64,000 nt of DNA, from assembly GCA_949295085.1 (NCBI GenBank), contig CASFJS010000008.1, positions 38,855-102,854 on the forward strand, given 5' to 3'. The position numbers were made by a program, and so were the translations under genes. The notes below the pieces were generated by a model, which was not told the DNA's origin, did no database searches, and worked only from the letters and a program-made list of their open reading frames with translations. This document shows, in pieces, positions 18,497-28,245 of this stretch. How positions within the stretch are numbered: the first letter of the stretch is position 1; the number at the start of each line of letters is the position of its first letter. The DNA is from an uncultured Pseudomonadota bacterium (lineage in GTDB: Bacteria; Pseudomonadota; Alphaproteobacteria; RF32; CAG-239).

Positions 18497-19699
18497 TTAA
18501 ATGATTTCATGAATTAAAAATTTTTTTATCCATTGCAAATCTTTTATTTTCATCTTGGCGCCGAAAGTAATGGTATTGTCTTCGGATATGATGGATACGA
18601 AGAAACGCCCCGTTGCCGGATTTTCGCTGACTTCGATGGCTTCAATGTCTTTTTTCATGATTTCGTTATGTTTGGTAGAAAACAGCATATACTTATGAGT
18701 GTTGACGATTTTATGCCTTTTAATAACCAGCTTTTCTTTGCGGAACAAAATCTGAATAGCCACCAGTATGATAAATATGCCGATGGCGGCCATACTGTAG
18801 ATAGTCGATGCAAAAATTTGTCTGAAAGTATCCAGGTTGGCAACAACCATAACGACGATGGCCCCGACCAGAATAATCGCCAGCCAGGCCAAAAGATTGT
18901 AGGCATCCCACAGGATTTTGCGCACTTTAAGCACCATTTTGTCTTTCTTTCGCACAAAATTAATAGCGTCCGGCAAAGGTTCATAAGGATCATACTCGTC
19001 TTTAATCAGGCCGAGCTTATGGAGTTGCGCAATTGATTTATTAAGGTTTTTTAGTTCAATTTTTTTAAGTCCGTCATCCGTGTCAATCACGGCCGGTAAT
19101 TTAAATGCACGGGCATAGTCTTTCCATTTTCTGCGCACACCCTTTGAAGACGTTGACAAATAAAGCGGCACGATTTTTTCCGCATTGGGATGATAAAGTT
19201 CGACGACATAGCGGTTTTTTGTCAGGAAGCCCGATTGCAAAAATTCCACCCGGAAACGCACGCCGGTATAGTTCTTCAAACTTTCCTGCAAAATAAGTTT
19301 ATCGTGCAGGATCGGGCGTTTGATAATGGTAACTTTTTGGCCGATAAATTTATATTTGTTATAGCGGATATAAAGCAAAATATTGGTAACCATAATACCA
19401 ATTCCGACCAAAGCAAAGCACAAATCAAAAAACCAAACCGCCAACACGGGTTGATAAGTGACAATGTCGTTGGCAGGGACGATTTCGCTGCCCCCCTCAA
19501 ACGCGTTGCTCCATTCATAGACAGCCAAAAGAAACAACAAAAAACCGAAAACGATTCCCGGCAGCAACAACTTCAAATTTGCTCTGTCGGTTAAAAAAGC
19601 GTCTCTCTTCTTGTAGTTAAGTTCCAATTTATTGCTGAAGTGAGTTGGTATATTATAATACATCATTTTTTCCTTGATGTTTGCCAAACCTGAAAACAC
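18497..19699 (-). CDS. hypothetical membrane protein, two (TM hairpin + soluble module) units, bPH-like
   Basis: 400 aa. Two pairs of long hydrophobic helices are each followed by a ~100-aa soluble segment. The architecture recalls YdbT/bPH (DUF304-type) proteins, but sequence support is weak. Confidence 0.5.
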   Translation of the reverse strand: MFSGLANIKEKMMYYNIPTHFSNKLELNYKKRDAFLTDRANLKLLLPGIVFGFLLFLLAVYEWSNAFEGGSEIVPANDIVTYQPVLAVWFFDLCFALVGIGIMVTNILLYIRYNKYKFIGQKVTIIKRPILHDKLILQESLKNYTGVRFRVEFLQSGFLTKNRYVVELYHPNAEKIVPLYLSTSSKGVRRKWKDYARAFKLPAVIDTDDGLKKIELKNLNKSIAQLHKLGLIKDEYDPYEPLPDAINFVRKKDKMVLKVRKILWDAYNLLAWLAIILVGAIVVMVVANLDTFRQIFASTIYSMAAIGIFIILVAIQILFRKEKLVIKRHKIVNTHKYMLFSTKHNEIMKKDIEAIEVSENPATGRFFVSIISEDNTITFGAKMKIKDLQWIKKFLIHEII

Positions 19700-19815
19700 A
19701 TATATGCTAAACCAAATATTTTAAATATTCATCAATTTTTTGCTAAATTTTATCATATTTTAAGAATATTTCGCATAAAGTTAAGACAGATAATCATTAT
19801 CATGAAGGAGTCAAA

Positions 19816-21501
19816 ATGGGAAATTTTGAAATTTTTTCACAAACGGGCGGACTGATGTTTACGTTGTTTGCGCTGGGGTGTTTGCTGATTGCGGGAATCA
19901 TTGCCGCCAAAGACGATCGCCTGTTTTCGCCGATAAGTTTTTTGTTGTCAGCCTTTGCGTTTGATTTTTTCGGCACCGGTGTTGAAAAGCTGGCTGTTTC
20001 GGCGTTCGAACAGGGAAGCCCGGTTGAAACCTATGTGATGTTTGAATTATTGCTGTTTTTGGTATCCATGATTTGTATGTCCTCGGCGGCTTCGCGTTTT
20101 ATTGCCTCTGCCGACCGTTCCGCATCATCGCTGCCCGTATGGATATTGGGCGGTCTCGGCGGTGTGGCGGTTATTTTATTTACGGTAATTATCCCGGCCG
20201 GCGATTTGGTTAATCGGATGCGCCTCATTTTTCCGCTGGTTTCGTTTTTATATCTGACGGTTGGCTTGGCAGCGCGCTTTTCCGACAATCATTCCGACGG
20301 CTACGTTCTGGCTTTCGGGATTACGATTCTGCTGGCGATTATGACGGTTCTCAAATTCTTTAACATTTACACCCCGTGGTACATAACGCCGATGTCCTAT
20401 ATTTTATATGCTTTAAGCTTTTTGCTGATGCGGAACAACGCAACAGAAAACAAGCTGGAAAAAGCCGAGCAGGATCTTATCAAATACAACCGGCGGATTG
20501 AAGACATCATTAAGTCTTCGCCTTTCCCGATTATTATATCTCGTCTGGGAGATGACAAAATCATTTTGGCCAATACCAATGCCATAAAATTATTTGGCAT
20601 TAATCCGAAAGCCATTGATCACTACCACTTAAAAGACTTTTTTGCCGATTCGGACAATCGCCGTTTATTACTGGAGCGACTGGAAGAACAAAAAGAAGTT
20701 CAGGATTTTGAGGTCTTGATAAAAACGCCGGTTTCCGATACGCCGTTTTGGCTTTTAACATCGGCCAACATCATCGACTATAATTACGAACTGGCTTTAT
20801 ATTCGGCTTTTCAGGATATCACGTCCCGCAAAAACAGAGAAGCTCTGTTGCAAAATCAGGCCACTCGTGATCCGCTGACTTCTTTATATAACCGCCGCTA
20901 TTTTGAAGAAGAAGTTAACCGGCAGATTCTAAAAGCCAAAGCGGCGGGGTTGCCGTATAGTGTTTTAATGCTGGATGCCGACTTTTTTAAAAAGGTCAAC
21001 GACACCTACGGTCACAAAACCGGAGACAAGGTTTTGATAGAATTAGCGGCCAAAGCCGAAAGAGCCTTGCGCGACAAAGATATTGTGGCACGCTACGGCG
21101 GTGAAGAATTTGTTGTCTTTTTACCCGAGATAAATTCGGCTCAGGCCTACAAAGTTGCCGATCGTCTGCGTCAAAGCATTTCAACAATCGTTGTCTACTC
21201 AGATAACAATCAGGAAGTGCGTTTTACGGTTTCCATCGGTGTTTCCTCCTCCGAAATTTCGGACAATGTCGATACTTTGGTCAAAACCGCCGACGAGGCT
21301 TTGTATAAAGCCAAACAGGGCGGTCGCAACCGGGTTGAGGTTTTTACCAAAAATGATATGAAAAAATTTATCAATCAGGGAGAGCAAATGGTTAAAGACG
21401 AAAAAAAGAATCAACATCCGGTTTACGACAAAGAAAATGCAGCCGAAATCTCACTTTTGGACGGTGTTGATACCAAAGATATCTCAGTCGGCAAGGAATA
21501 G
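19816..21501 (+). CDS. diguanylate cyclase with multi-TM N-terminus and PAS-like domain
   Basis: 561 aa. There are ~6 N-terminal TM helices, a PAS-like segment, and a GGDEF domain (DPLTSLYNRRYF, RYGGEEFVVFL). Confidence 0.9.
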   Translation: MGNFEIFSQTGGLMFTLFALGCLLIAGIIAAKDDRLFSPISFLLSAFAFDFFGTGVEKLAVSAFEQGSPVETYVMFELLLFLVSMICMSSAASRFIASADRSASSLPVWILGGLGGVAVILFTVIIPAGDLVNRMRLIFPLVSFLYLTVGLAARFSDNHSDGYVLAFGITILLAIMTVLKFFNIYTPWYITPMSYILYALSFLLMRNNATENKLEKAEQDLIKYNRRIEDIIKSSPFPIIISRLGDDKIILANTNAIKLFGINPKAIDHYHLKDFFADSDNRRLLLERLEEQKEVQDFEVLIKTPVSDTPFWLLTSANIIDYNYELALYSAFQDITSRKNREALLQNQATRDPLTSLYNRRYFEEEVNRQILKAKAAGLPYSVLMLDADFFKKVNDTYGHKTGDKVLIELAAKAERALRDKDIVARYGGEEFVVFLPEINSAQAYKVADRLRQSISTIVVYSDNNQEVRFTVSIGVSSSEISDNVDTLVKTADEALYKAKQGGRNRVEVFTKNDMKKFINQGEQMVKDEKKNQHPVYDKENAAEISLLDGVDTKDISVGKE

Positions 21502-21507
21502 CTCTTA

Positions 21508-22638
21508 ATGCTTTGTCCTCAGGCCATAAATTGCGGGGGCTGCCGTTATCGTGACATGGACGACGAGGCCTACCGTTTATTAAAGCAGCGCAATTTTGCC
21601 GCCGCGCTCGGGCCGTTGCAAAGCGATTCTTATACCCTGAATCCGCCGGAGTTTATTGCGGACGGCGGCCGCCGGCGGGCGACGCTCAACTTTTTCTGCC
21701 GCCGGCAGAGGTTATTGTTGGGTTTTAATACCAGAGCCTCTCACCAAATTGCCGATATCCGGTCTTGTCCGGCGCTAACGCCGAAACTCAATGCTGTATT
21801 GCCGTTTCTTCGCAAATTGCTGGAAGCGCTTTGCCGTGAGCCTTGCAAATTCAAAAAAGGCCGCAAAACCGTGTCGCAATACATTACCGGCGGCGATGTT
21901 TTTGTGTGCGAGGCTTTTAACGGCGTGGATATCGTGTTGGAATACGATGCGCCGTTAGAGCTCAATCACCGGCTCATAATAGCCGAAATCAGCCAGACCG
22001 ATAACAATGTTATTCGTCTGTCGCATCGTCGCCGGATTTCGGACGAAGCGGAAACAATTATTGAAAAAAGCCGTCCTTTTATTAAGATCGGCTCCTATGA
22101 TGTCGCCATACCGGCCGGCACCTTTTTACAACCCTCGGTCGGCGGTCAGGAAGCGTTGGGGCGCCTGGTACTAAAATACATGTCCGGCGTTAAAGGCGAG
22201 GTTGCGGACATGTTTTGCGGCCTCGGCACTTTCTCTTATTTATTGGCGACATTGCCGGGGGTCAGTGTTTCGGCGTTCGATTCGTCAAAAGCTCTGCTGC
22301 AGGGGTTTAAGGATTCGGTAAACGCCAATCAAATAAAAAACATCCGGATGGAATGCCGCAATTTGTTTAAGTATCCGCTTTTAGCTGATGAGCTCGGGCA
22401 TTACACGGCTGTTGTATTTGACCCGCCGCGTGCCGGAGCGGCGGCGGTTTGTCGGGCGCTGGCGGCCGCGGCGATAAAGCCGCAGATCATTGTTGCCGTT
22501 TCCTGCAACCCGGCGACTTTTGTCAACGATGCCAACACACTGATATCCGGAGGCTATAATCTTAAAGAAATCACCATGGTTGATCAGTTTGTCCGTTCTG
22601 ATCACAGTGAGTTGGTTGCCTGCTTTACAAAACGATAG
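21508..22638 (+). CDS. class I SAM-dependent RNA (uracil-5) methyltransferase, RlmD/TrmA family
   Basis: 376 aa. It has an N-terminal Cys cluster (CPQAINCGGC), then DMFCGLGTF, FDPPRAG and VSCNPATF motifs. Confidence 0.8.
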   Translation: MLCPQAINCGGCRYRDMDDEAYRLLKQRNFAAALGPLQSDSYTLNPPEFIADGGRRRATLNFFCRRQRLLLGFNTRASHQIADIRSCPALTPKLNAVLPFLRKLLEALCREPCKFKKGRKTVSQYITGGDVFVCEAFNGVDIVLEYDAPLELNHRLIIAEISQTDNNVIRLSHRRRISDEAETIIEKSRPFIKIGSYDVAIPAGTFLQPSVGGQEALGRLVLKYMSGVKGEVADMFCGLGTFSYLLATLPGVSVSAFDSSKALLQGFKDSVNANQIKNIRMECRNLFKYPLLADELGHYTAVVFDPPRAGAAAVCRALAAAAIKPQIIVAVSCNPATFVNDANTLISGGYNLKEITMVDQFVRSDHSELVACFTKR

Positions 22639-22682
22639 ATGTCATTTATAGTAACAACATTAATTAAGGGAAACCCAAACGG

Positions 22683-23339
22683 ATGAAAAAAATTTTATTA
22701 TGTTTGTTGGCCGGTTTGATGGCGGCCTGTTCATCGGCAGACGATACGGCAGATACCTGTCCGCCGATTAATATTCCGCGGGCGACTGCGCGTTTATACC
22801 AAAACAACGGCCGCTTTGACGAATTTCAGGTCAGTTTGGTGGGTTTTGAAAGCTATTGTTATACACAATCGTCCAACAATCGCCGTTACGCCAAAATAAG
22901 ACCGGTATTTAAGGTGCGCCGGCTTGAGGACAGCCCGACCACGTCGTTGGATATTGATTTTTTTGTAAAGACCTCAATAAATGCCGAAGACTACCTCGGT
23001 ATTCGCCGTTTTAGTCAGGTTTTAAATATTCCGCGTTCCAGCCGCGAAGAAATCATCAAGGGACGGCCGACGGTTACCCGCATCACCGAACGTCCGTACC
23101 GTGGTTTTAGTATAGCTCTGGGCTTTGAATTATCCGAGGCAACCAAAGCCAAAGCCGATAAAATGTTTGATATAGACTACCGCTACCTGTCGGCAGAGGA
23201 ATTGGCTGCTCGGGCCGCCTCCGGAGTTGAGACGATTTATCTGACGGTATCCCCTGACGAAGAAGTTATTTATTCCGAAACAGACCAACGGCCGGTAGTG
23301 GTCAAAAAAGACCGCGCTTGTGCTTCATGCCAAAATTAA
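22683..23339 (+). CDS. hypothetical lipoprotein
   Basis: 218 aa with the lipobox LMAAC. No family recognised. Confidence 0.55.
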   Translation: MKKILLCLLAGLMAACSSADDTADTCPPINIPRATARLYQNNGRFDEFQVSLVGFESYCYTQSSNNRRYAKIRPVFKVRRLEDSPTTSLDIDFFVKTSINAEDYLGIRRFSQVLNIPRSSREEIIKGRPTVTRITERPYRGFSIALGFELSEATKAKADKMFDIDYRYLSAEELAARAASGVETIYLTVSPDEEVIYSETDQRPVVVKKDRACASCQN

Positions 23340-23351
23340 CGGGAGAAACAA

Positions 23352-25328
23352 ATGTTTTTTACCTCATCACACAAACAAGAAAGACAAATGGCCGATGCGA
23401 TTCGCTTTTTGGCCGCCGAAATGATAGAAAAAGCCAAATCCGGCCACCCCGGCATGCCTTTGGGCATTGCCGATGTGGCAACGGTTTTGTTTGCCAAACA
23501 TTTAAAAATCAATCCGCAAAATCCGCGTTGGTTTGATCGCGATCGTTTTGTTTTGTCGGCCGGCCACGCCTCAAGTCTTTTGTATGCGTTGTTTTATCTT
23601 TTGGGCTACAAGGACATAACGGTTGACGATCTGCGCAATTTTCGCCAACTCGGTGCCAAAACCGCCGGCCATCCGGAATACGGACACCTTGCCGGTATAG
23701 ACATAACCACCGGTCCTTTGGGGCAGGGGATTTCCTCTGCCGTCGGCATGGCGCTGGCCGAAAAAATTATAGCCGCCAAATACGGTTCGGATGTCTGCGA
23801 CCATTACACTTATGTTATCATGGGGGATGGCTGCCTGATGGAAGGCGTCTCGGAGGAGGCAATTGCTTTAGCCGGACACTGGCGCCTAAACAAGCTGATT
23901 GCTTTGTGGGACAACAACAACGTAACGATTGACGGTTTTGTTGATATTGCGTCATCAACCGATCAGGCGGCGCGTTTTAAGGCCAACGGCTGGAATGTCA
24001 TTGCCGTTGACGGCCATGATTTTGCCGCGGTAGACAAAGCCATTGAAAAAGCCAAAAAATCCGACCGGCCGACCATGATTGCCTGCAAAACCACCATTGG
24101 TTTCGGGGCGCCGACCAAATGCAATTCGCCCCAGTGCCACGGTTCGCCGCTTGGCGCCGGGGAATTGGCCGCCATGCGCAAAAATTTGGGCTGGACGGCC
24201 GAACCTTTTGAAGTGCCGCAAGAAATTTTGCACCTCTGGCGTGAGGCCGGCAAACGCTGTGCCGGACAGGATAAAGAATGGGAGGTCCGCGCCAAAGCCA
24301 AGGGCAAAGAGTTTTTAGATATTTTGGCCGGACGCCTGCCAAAAGGCTGGAACAAAGAGCTTGAGGCTTTTAAGCGTCAGGCGGTTAAGGAAGGGCTTTC
24401 GGTGGCCAGCCGCAAGGCCTCGCAGATGTGTCTTGAAGCCATCGTGCCGCATATTCCGCAGCTTGTGGGCGGTTCGGCGGATTTAGCCGGCCCCAACATG
24501 GTTCTGACCAAGAAGAGCAAAACCGTCACCACGGCCGATTACAACGGCAACAATATTGAATACGGCGTGCGCGAACACGCCATGGGCACAATTATGAACG
24601 GCATGGCGCTGCACGGCGGTATTTTGCCTTTTGGCGGCACATTTTTTGTCTTTTCGGACTATCTGCGGCCGGCCATGCGTCTGGCGGCCTTAATGGGGCT
24701 GCATGTAATTTATGTCATGACCCACGATTCAATCGGTGTCGGCGAGGACGGCCCCACTCATCAGCCGATAGAACATCTGGCCTCTTTTCGCGCCATGCCG
24801 GGGATTCAGGTTTTCCGTCCCTGCGACGCGGTGGAAACGGCCGAGGCCTGGTCTTTAGCGCTGGAGACGGACAATATGCCGAGTATCCTGGCTTTAAGTC
24901 GCCAGACGTTGCCGTTGCTGCGTCAGGATACCAAACTTAATCTATCGGCGCGCGGCGCCTATATCATCACCGGCGACGATAAAAAACGACAGGCAACACT
25001 GATTGCCACCGGCTCAGAGGTCTCCTTGGCGGTTGAGGCTCATCGGCGCCTGAAGGCCGAGGGTATCGAGACAGTTGTTGTGTCAATGCCCTGCGCCGAA
25101 TTGTTTGACAATCAGGATATCGCTTATCAGGAGCAGATTTTGGGCACCGCGCCGCGCATTGCCGTTGAGGCGGCATCAAAATTCGGCTGGGAAAAATACG
25201 TCGGGTTAAGTGGCGACATCATCGGCATGGACGGCTTTGGCGCGTCGGCGCCGGCAGCCGATTTGTACCAATACTTCGGCATCACCGTTGACGAGGTTGT
25301 CGACGCGGTAAAAGATGTTTTAAACTAA
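23352..25328 (+). CDS. tkt: transketolase
   Basis: 658 aa. It has SGHPGMPLG and GDGCLMEGVS motifs and a ThDP-binding layout. The RBS GGGAGA is upstream. Confidence 0.96.
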   Translation: MFFTSSHKQERQMADAIRFLAAEMIEKAKSGHPGMPLGIADVATVLFAKHLKINPQNPRWFDRDRFVLSAGHASSLLYALFYLLGYKDITVDDLRNFRQLGAKTAGHPEYGHLAGIDITTGPLGQGISSAVGMALAEKIIAAKYGSDVCDHYTYVIMGDGCLMEGVSEEAIALAGHWRLNKLIALWDNNNVTIDGFVDIASSTDQAARFKANGWNVIAVDGHDFAAVDKAIEKAKKSDRPTMIACKTTIGFGAPTKCNSPQCHGSPLGAGELAAMRKNLGWTAEPFEVPQEILHLWREAGKRCAGQDKEWEVRAKAKGKEFLDILAGRLPKGWNKELEAFKRQAVKEGLSVASRKASQMCLEAIVPHIPQLVGGSADLAGPNMVLTKKSKTVTTADYNGNNIEYGVREHAMGTIMNGMALHGGILPFGGTFFVFSDYLRPAMRLAALMGLHVIYVMTHDSIGVGEDGPTHQPIEHLASFRAMPGIQVFRPCDAVETAEAWSLALETDNMPSILALSRQTLPLLRQDTKLNLSARGAYIITGDDKKRQATLIATGSEVSLAVEAHRRLKAEGIETVVVSMPCAELFDNQDIAYQEQILGTAPRIAVEAASKFGWEKYVGLSGDIIGMDGFGASAPAADLYQYFGITVDEVVDAVKDVLN

Positions 25329-25339
25329 CCAAAAACCGC

Positions 25340-25367
25340 TTGCAAAGCCGTTGGGTTTATATATATT
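25340..25367 (+). promoter_or_regulatory. candidate sigma70-type promoter for fba
   Basis: TTGCAA (25340-25345), a 16-nt spacer, then TATATT (25362-25367). The -10 element ends 36 nt upstream of the fba ATG. Confidence 0.35.
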
Positions 25368-25403
25368 GGAACAAGAAAAATTTTTTAATGTAAGGAGAAA
25401 ATT

Positions 25404-26453
25404 ATGCCTTTAGTCACAATGCGTCAGATTTTGGACCACGCCGCCGAAAACAACTACGGCGTTCCGGCTTTTAACATCAACGATATGGAGCAGGTGATTG
25501 CCGTTTTGCAGGCGGCGCGCAAAGTTAACGCGCCGGTTATTTTGCAAACCTCGACCGGTGCCCGCAAGTTTGCCGGTGACCCGATGATTCGCCACATGGT
25601 TGCCGCCGGTATAGAGATGTTTCCCGAGCTGCCGGTTTGCATTCATCAGGATCACGGCTCGTCGGTGGACGTTTGCCAGTCGGCGATTGTCAACGGCTAT
25701 TCGTCGGTGATGATGGACGGCTCTTTGGAGGCGGACGGCAAAACGCCGTCGTCTTTTGAATACAATGTCCGTGTCACCAAAGAGGTTGTGGCCCGCGCCC
25801 ATGCCGTCGGCGCTTCGGTTGAGGGCGAGCTTGGCGTTATCGGCTCGCTGGAAACCGGCAAAGGCGACAAAGAAGACGGCCACGGTGCCGAGGGTGTGAT
25901 TGACAAGAAAAAACTGGTGACCGACCCGGACGAGGCCGCGCGTTTTGTTGCCGAAACACATCTGGATGCTTTAGCGGTTGCCGTCGGTACGTCGCACGGC
26001 GCCTATAAGTTCACCCGCAAGCCGGACGGCGAAATTTTGTCGATTGAGACGATTGAAAAAATTCACCAAAAGCTGCCCAACACCCACATGGTTATGCACG
26101 GTTCGTCCTCTGTTCCGCAAGAGCTGCAGGATTTGATTAATGCCTATGGCGGCGCCATTCCGCAGACTTATGGTGTTCCGGTTGAAGAAATTGTCCGCGG
26201 TATCAAATCCGGCGTTCGCAAGGTCAATGTCGACACCGACTGCCGCATGGCCATCACCGGCGCCATCCGCAAGATATTTGCCGAAAACCCGAAAGAATTT
26301 GACCCGCGCAAATACTTAAAGCCGGCAATTGAAGAAATGCAAAAAGTCTGCGAGGCGCGGTATATTGCCTTTGGTGCGGCCGGTCATGCCGATAAGATTA
26401 AGCCGATTCCGATGTCGGAAATGGCCAAGCGTTACGCCGCCGGCGAAATTTAA
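25404..26453 (+). CDS. fba: class II fructose-bisphosphate aldolase
   Basis: 349 aa. Motifs seen: YGVPAFNINDMEQ, HQDHG and GTSHGAYKF. The RBS is AAGGAG with a 6-nt spacer to the ATG. Confidence 0.92.
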   Translation: MPLVTMRQILDHAAENNYGVPAFNINDMEQVIAVLQAARKVNAPVILQTSTGARKFAGDPMIRHMVAAGIEMFPELPVCIHQDHGSSVDVCQSAIVNGYSSVMMDGSLEADGKTPSSFEYNVRVTKEVVARAHAVGASVEGELGVIGSLETGKGDKEDGHGAEGVIDKKKLVTDPDEAARFVAETHLDALAVAVGTSHGAYKFTRKPDGEILSIETIEKIHQKLPNTHMVMHGSSSVPQELQDLINAYGGAIPQTYGVPVEEIVRGIKSGVRKVNVDTDCRMAITGAIRKIFAENPKEFDPRKYLKPAIEEMQKVCEARYIAFGAAGHADKIKPIPMSEMAKRYAAGEI

Positions 26454-26479
26454 TTTTGCTCTGGCCTTTGCCTCGTTTT

Positions 26480-26945
26480 AAACCGTCCCCCGCTTGGGGA
26501 GGCAATAAAACCTGTCATGCCGCCTTTGGCGGGCATTCTTCCCACCAACCCTGTCACCCCGCCTCGGGAAAAATACTTGCCCAAAGGCTGGGTGACATGG
26601 TTTTAAAGGCGGCGGGACACGTCTTGGATCATTCTGAGGAGTTCTTCTTTTTCTGTCATTCTGAGGAGCGCTTCTTTTTCTGTCATTCTGAGGAGTGTTT
26701 CTTTTTCTGTCATTCTGAGGAGTGTTTCTTTTCCTGTCATTCTGAGGGACGAATGTCCCGAAGAATCTAAGAGATGTTTCGCTTACGCTCAACATGACGG
26801 TAAAAAAGAGATCTTTCGCTTCGCTCAGGATGACAATAAAGGGCGCTCAGGATGACTGTAAAAAAAACGCGCCTCTCAGGATGACGGTAAAGGGCGCTCA
26901 GGATGACAGGTTTTATTGCTTAGCCCCAGGCGGGAGGGGGGTGAC
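26480..26945. repeat. repeat cluster A: large imperfect palindrome built of gtcattctgagg / cctcaggatgac modules
   Basis: A 17-nt perfect inverted repeat gcaataaaacctgtcat (26502-26518) pairs with atgacaggttttattgc (26903-26919). The interior holds forward-oriented gtcattctgagg units on the left and reverse-oriented ctcaggatgac units on the right. Confidence 0.85.
26629..26763 (+). repeat. 27-bp tandem array (5 units) inside cluster A
   Basis: tcattctgagga units start at 26629, 26656, 26683, 26710 and 26737, an exact 27-nt period. Confidence 0.9.
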
Positions 26946-27001
26946 GGTTTGGGTGTGCCAAAGGCTTCGGAGGAATGGCATTGGATGCGGTGTTTTAAAA
27001 C

Positions 27002-27030
27002 AAAAAAACCGGAGCCCGCAAGGGCTCCGG
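27002..27030 (-). terminator. rho-independent terminator downstream of the barrel gene
   Basis: Stem ccggagccc, loop gcaa, stem gggctccgg. On the minus strand a T7 run follows. It lies 13 nt after the stop at 27043. Confidence 0.6.
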
Positions 27031-27042
27031 AAAAAAGTTTCA

Positions 27043-28245
27043 TCAAAAAGCGAATCTTAATCCAGCTGTGGCCATGGCATCCATGCCAAAGCCGTTGCTG
27101 GATGTTCCGCTGTACGTCGGCTCGCCCTTAAAGGCTGTGCCGAACGTATAGTGGCCTCCAAACTCGCCTCCGAAAACGACCTCAAACCAGTCGAAGTGGA
27201 GGGCGAACTGGAGGTATCCGCTCGCTTTCACCCCAAGGGTGTAGCCGGCGGCGCTCATCCGGAAGCTGTTGTCTTCCGTCGCGCCGCATTCGGTTTTGAC
27301 ATATTCACCGAGTCCGGCTTTGGCGCCGAGCTCGATGGTCAAAACCGAATTGCTCCCCCATGGGAGGAATCGGTATCCGCCCTGGCCGTAAAAGGCGTTG
27401 GTGGAACTCTTATCAGATCCGAAGACCTGATAAGAACCAATGCCCCAAACGGCGCCGCCGCGAGCCGCACTTCTTTCGAAGTGAAGCAGCTCGGCTCCGG
27501 CTATCCAACCCTCGTTGCCGAGGAAAGAGTAGCCGGAGTATATCCCGCCCTGCCAGCAATTATCTCCGGAAACTCTCGTTTCCTTGAAGATATTGAAAGT
27601 CAAGGCGAGACCGGCGCTAAATCGGTCCGCGTGGTAGGCGGTGGGCAAAGCCTCCCAACCCTCCGGTACCGTAACGGTACGCTTTTGAGGGTTGTTAAAG
27701 GCGTACAGATAACGTCCGTAAACGGAAAGCGTTACCTTATCTCCCAACCGCACGCCCAGCGAGAGCTGGCCGCCGGCCTTAACACGCCACAGACTGTTGA
27801 AGTAGTCGTGGGTGTCAGTCTCGCCGTGCCACGAGTGATCGTGGTAGGCAAGCTGGCCGGCGCCGGCAAGCGCGTCGAGGCCGACATAGACTCTGTTGCC
27901 AAGCCTAAGCCCGACAACAGCCAACACATCGGAGGTGGCTCCGTAGTGCCGGCCATAGTCTATTGAAGCCATACCACCCCAACGCCAGCCAAAGGCCTTT
28001 GTCGGGGTGTAGACGCGGGTCGCCGAGAGGTCAGCCCCATAGGAACTGTAGCCTCCCCAGCTTCCGTGTCCGCCGAGAGTAATCTCAGTGTGGACACGCT
28101 CAGCCTGCGTAAAGCGCAGGTTACGGCTCTCGTAGCGGTAGCCGTAAGAGGTTGAGCGAACCTCCTGATTGTTCTGGGCGTTGACCGTCGCTGCGCTCAT
28201 ACAAGCGACGGTTAAAACTGCTAAAATATATATTTTTTTCCCCAT
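27043..28245 (-). CDS. predicted outer-membrane beta-barrel protein (family unknown)
   Basis: 400 aa with a signal peptide (ILAVLTVACMSAATVNAQ). Gly/Tyr/Ser-rich alternating strands run throughout, and the C-terminus is ...AGLRFAF. Codons are C/G-ending. Confidence 0.6.
   Translation of the reverse strand: MGKKIYILAVLTVACMSAATVNAQNNQEVRSTSYGYRYESRNLRFTQAERVHTEITLGGHGSWGGYSSYGADLSATRVYTPTKAFGWRWGGMASIDYGRHYGATSDVLAVVGLRLGNRVYVGLDALAGAGQLAYHDHSWHGETDTHDYFNSLWRVKAGGQLSLGVRLGDKVTLSVYGRYLYAFNNPQKRTVTVPEGWEALPTAYHADRFSAGLALTFNIFKETRVSGDNCWQGGIYSGYSFLGNEGWIAGAELLHFERSAARGGAVWGIGSYQVFGSDKSSTNAFYGQGGYRFLPWGSNSVLTIELGAKAGLGEYVKTECGATEDNSFRMSAAGYTLGVKASGYLQFALHFDWFEVVFGGEFGGHYTFGTAFKGEPTYSGTSSNGFGMDAMATAGLRFAF

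Noticed and set aside
26629-26763. Possible CRISPR array (regular short repeats)
   Set aside because: The units are directly contiguous with a 27-nt period and no unique spacers. No cas genes are present in the window. The second cluster shows higher-order tandem structure instead.
26456-26795. ORFs of 104-105 aa on both strands with CHSEE.FFF / PQNDRKRNT peptide repeats. The 128- and 114-aa ORFs at 31733-32395 are the same kind.
   Set aside because: They exist only because the 27-bp (9-codon) tandem unit keeps frames open. The composition is absurd (FFFCHSEE repeats), there is no RBS, and the sequence is part of a palindromic repeat family.
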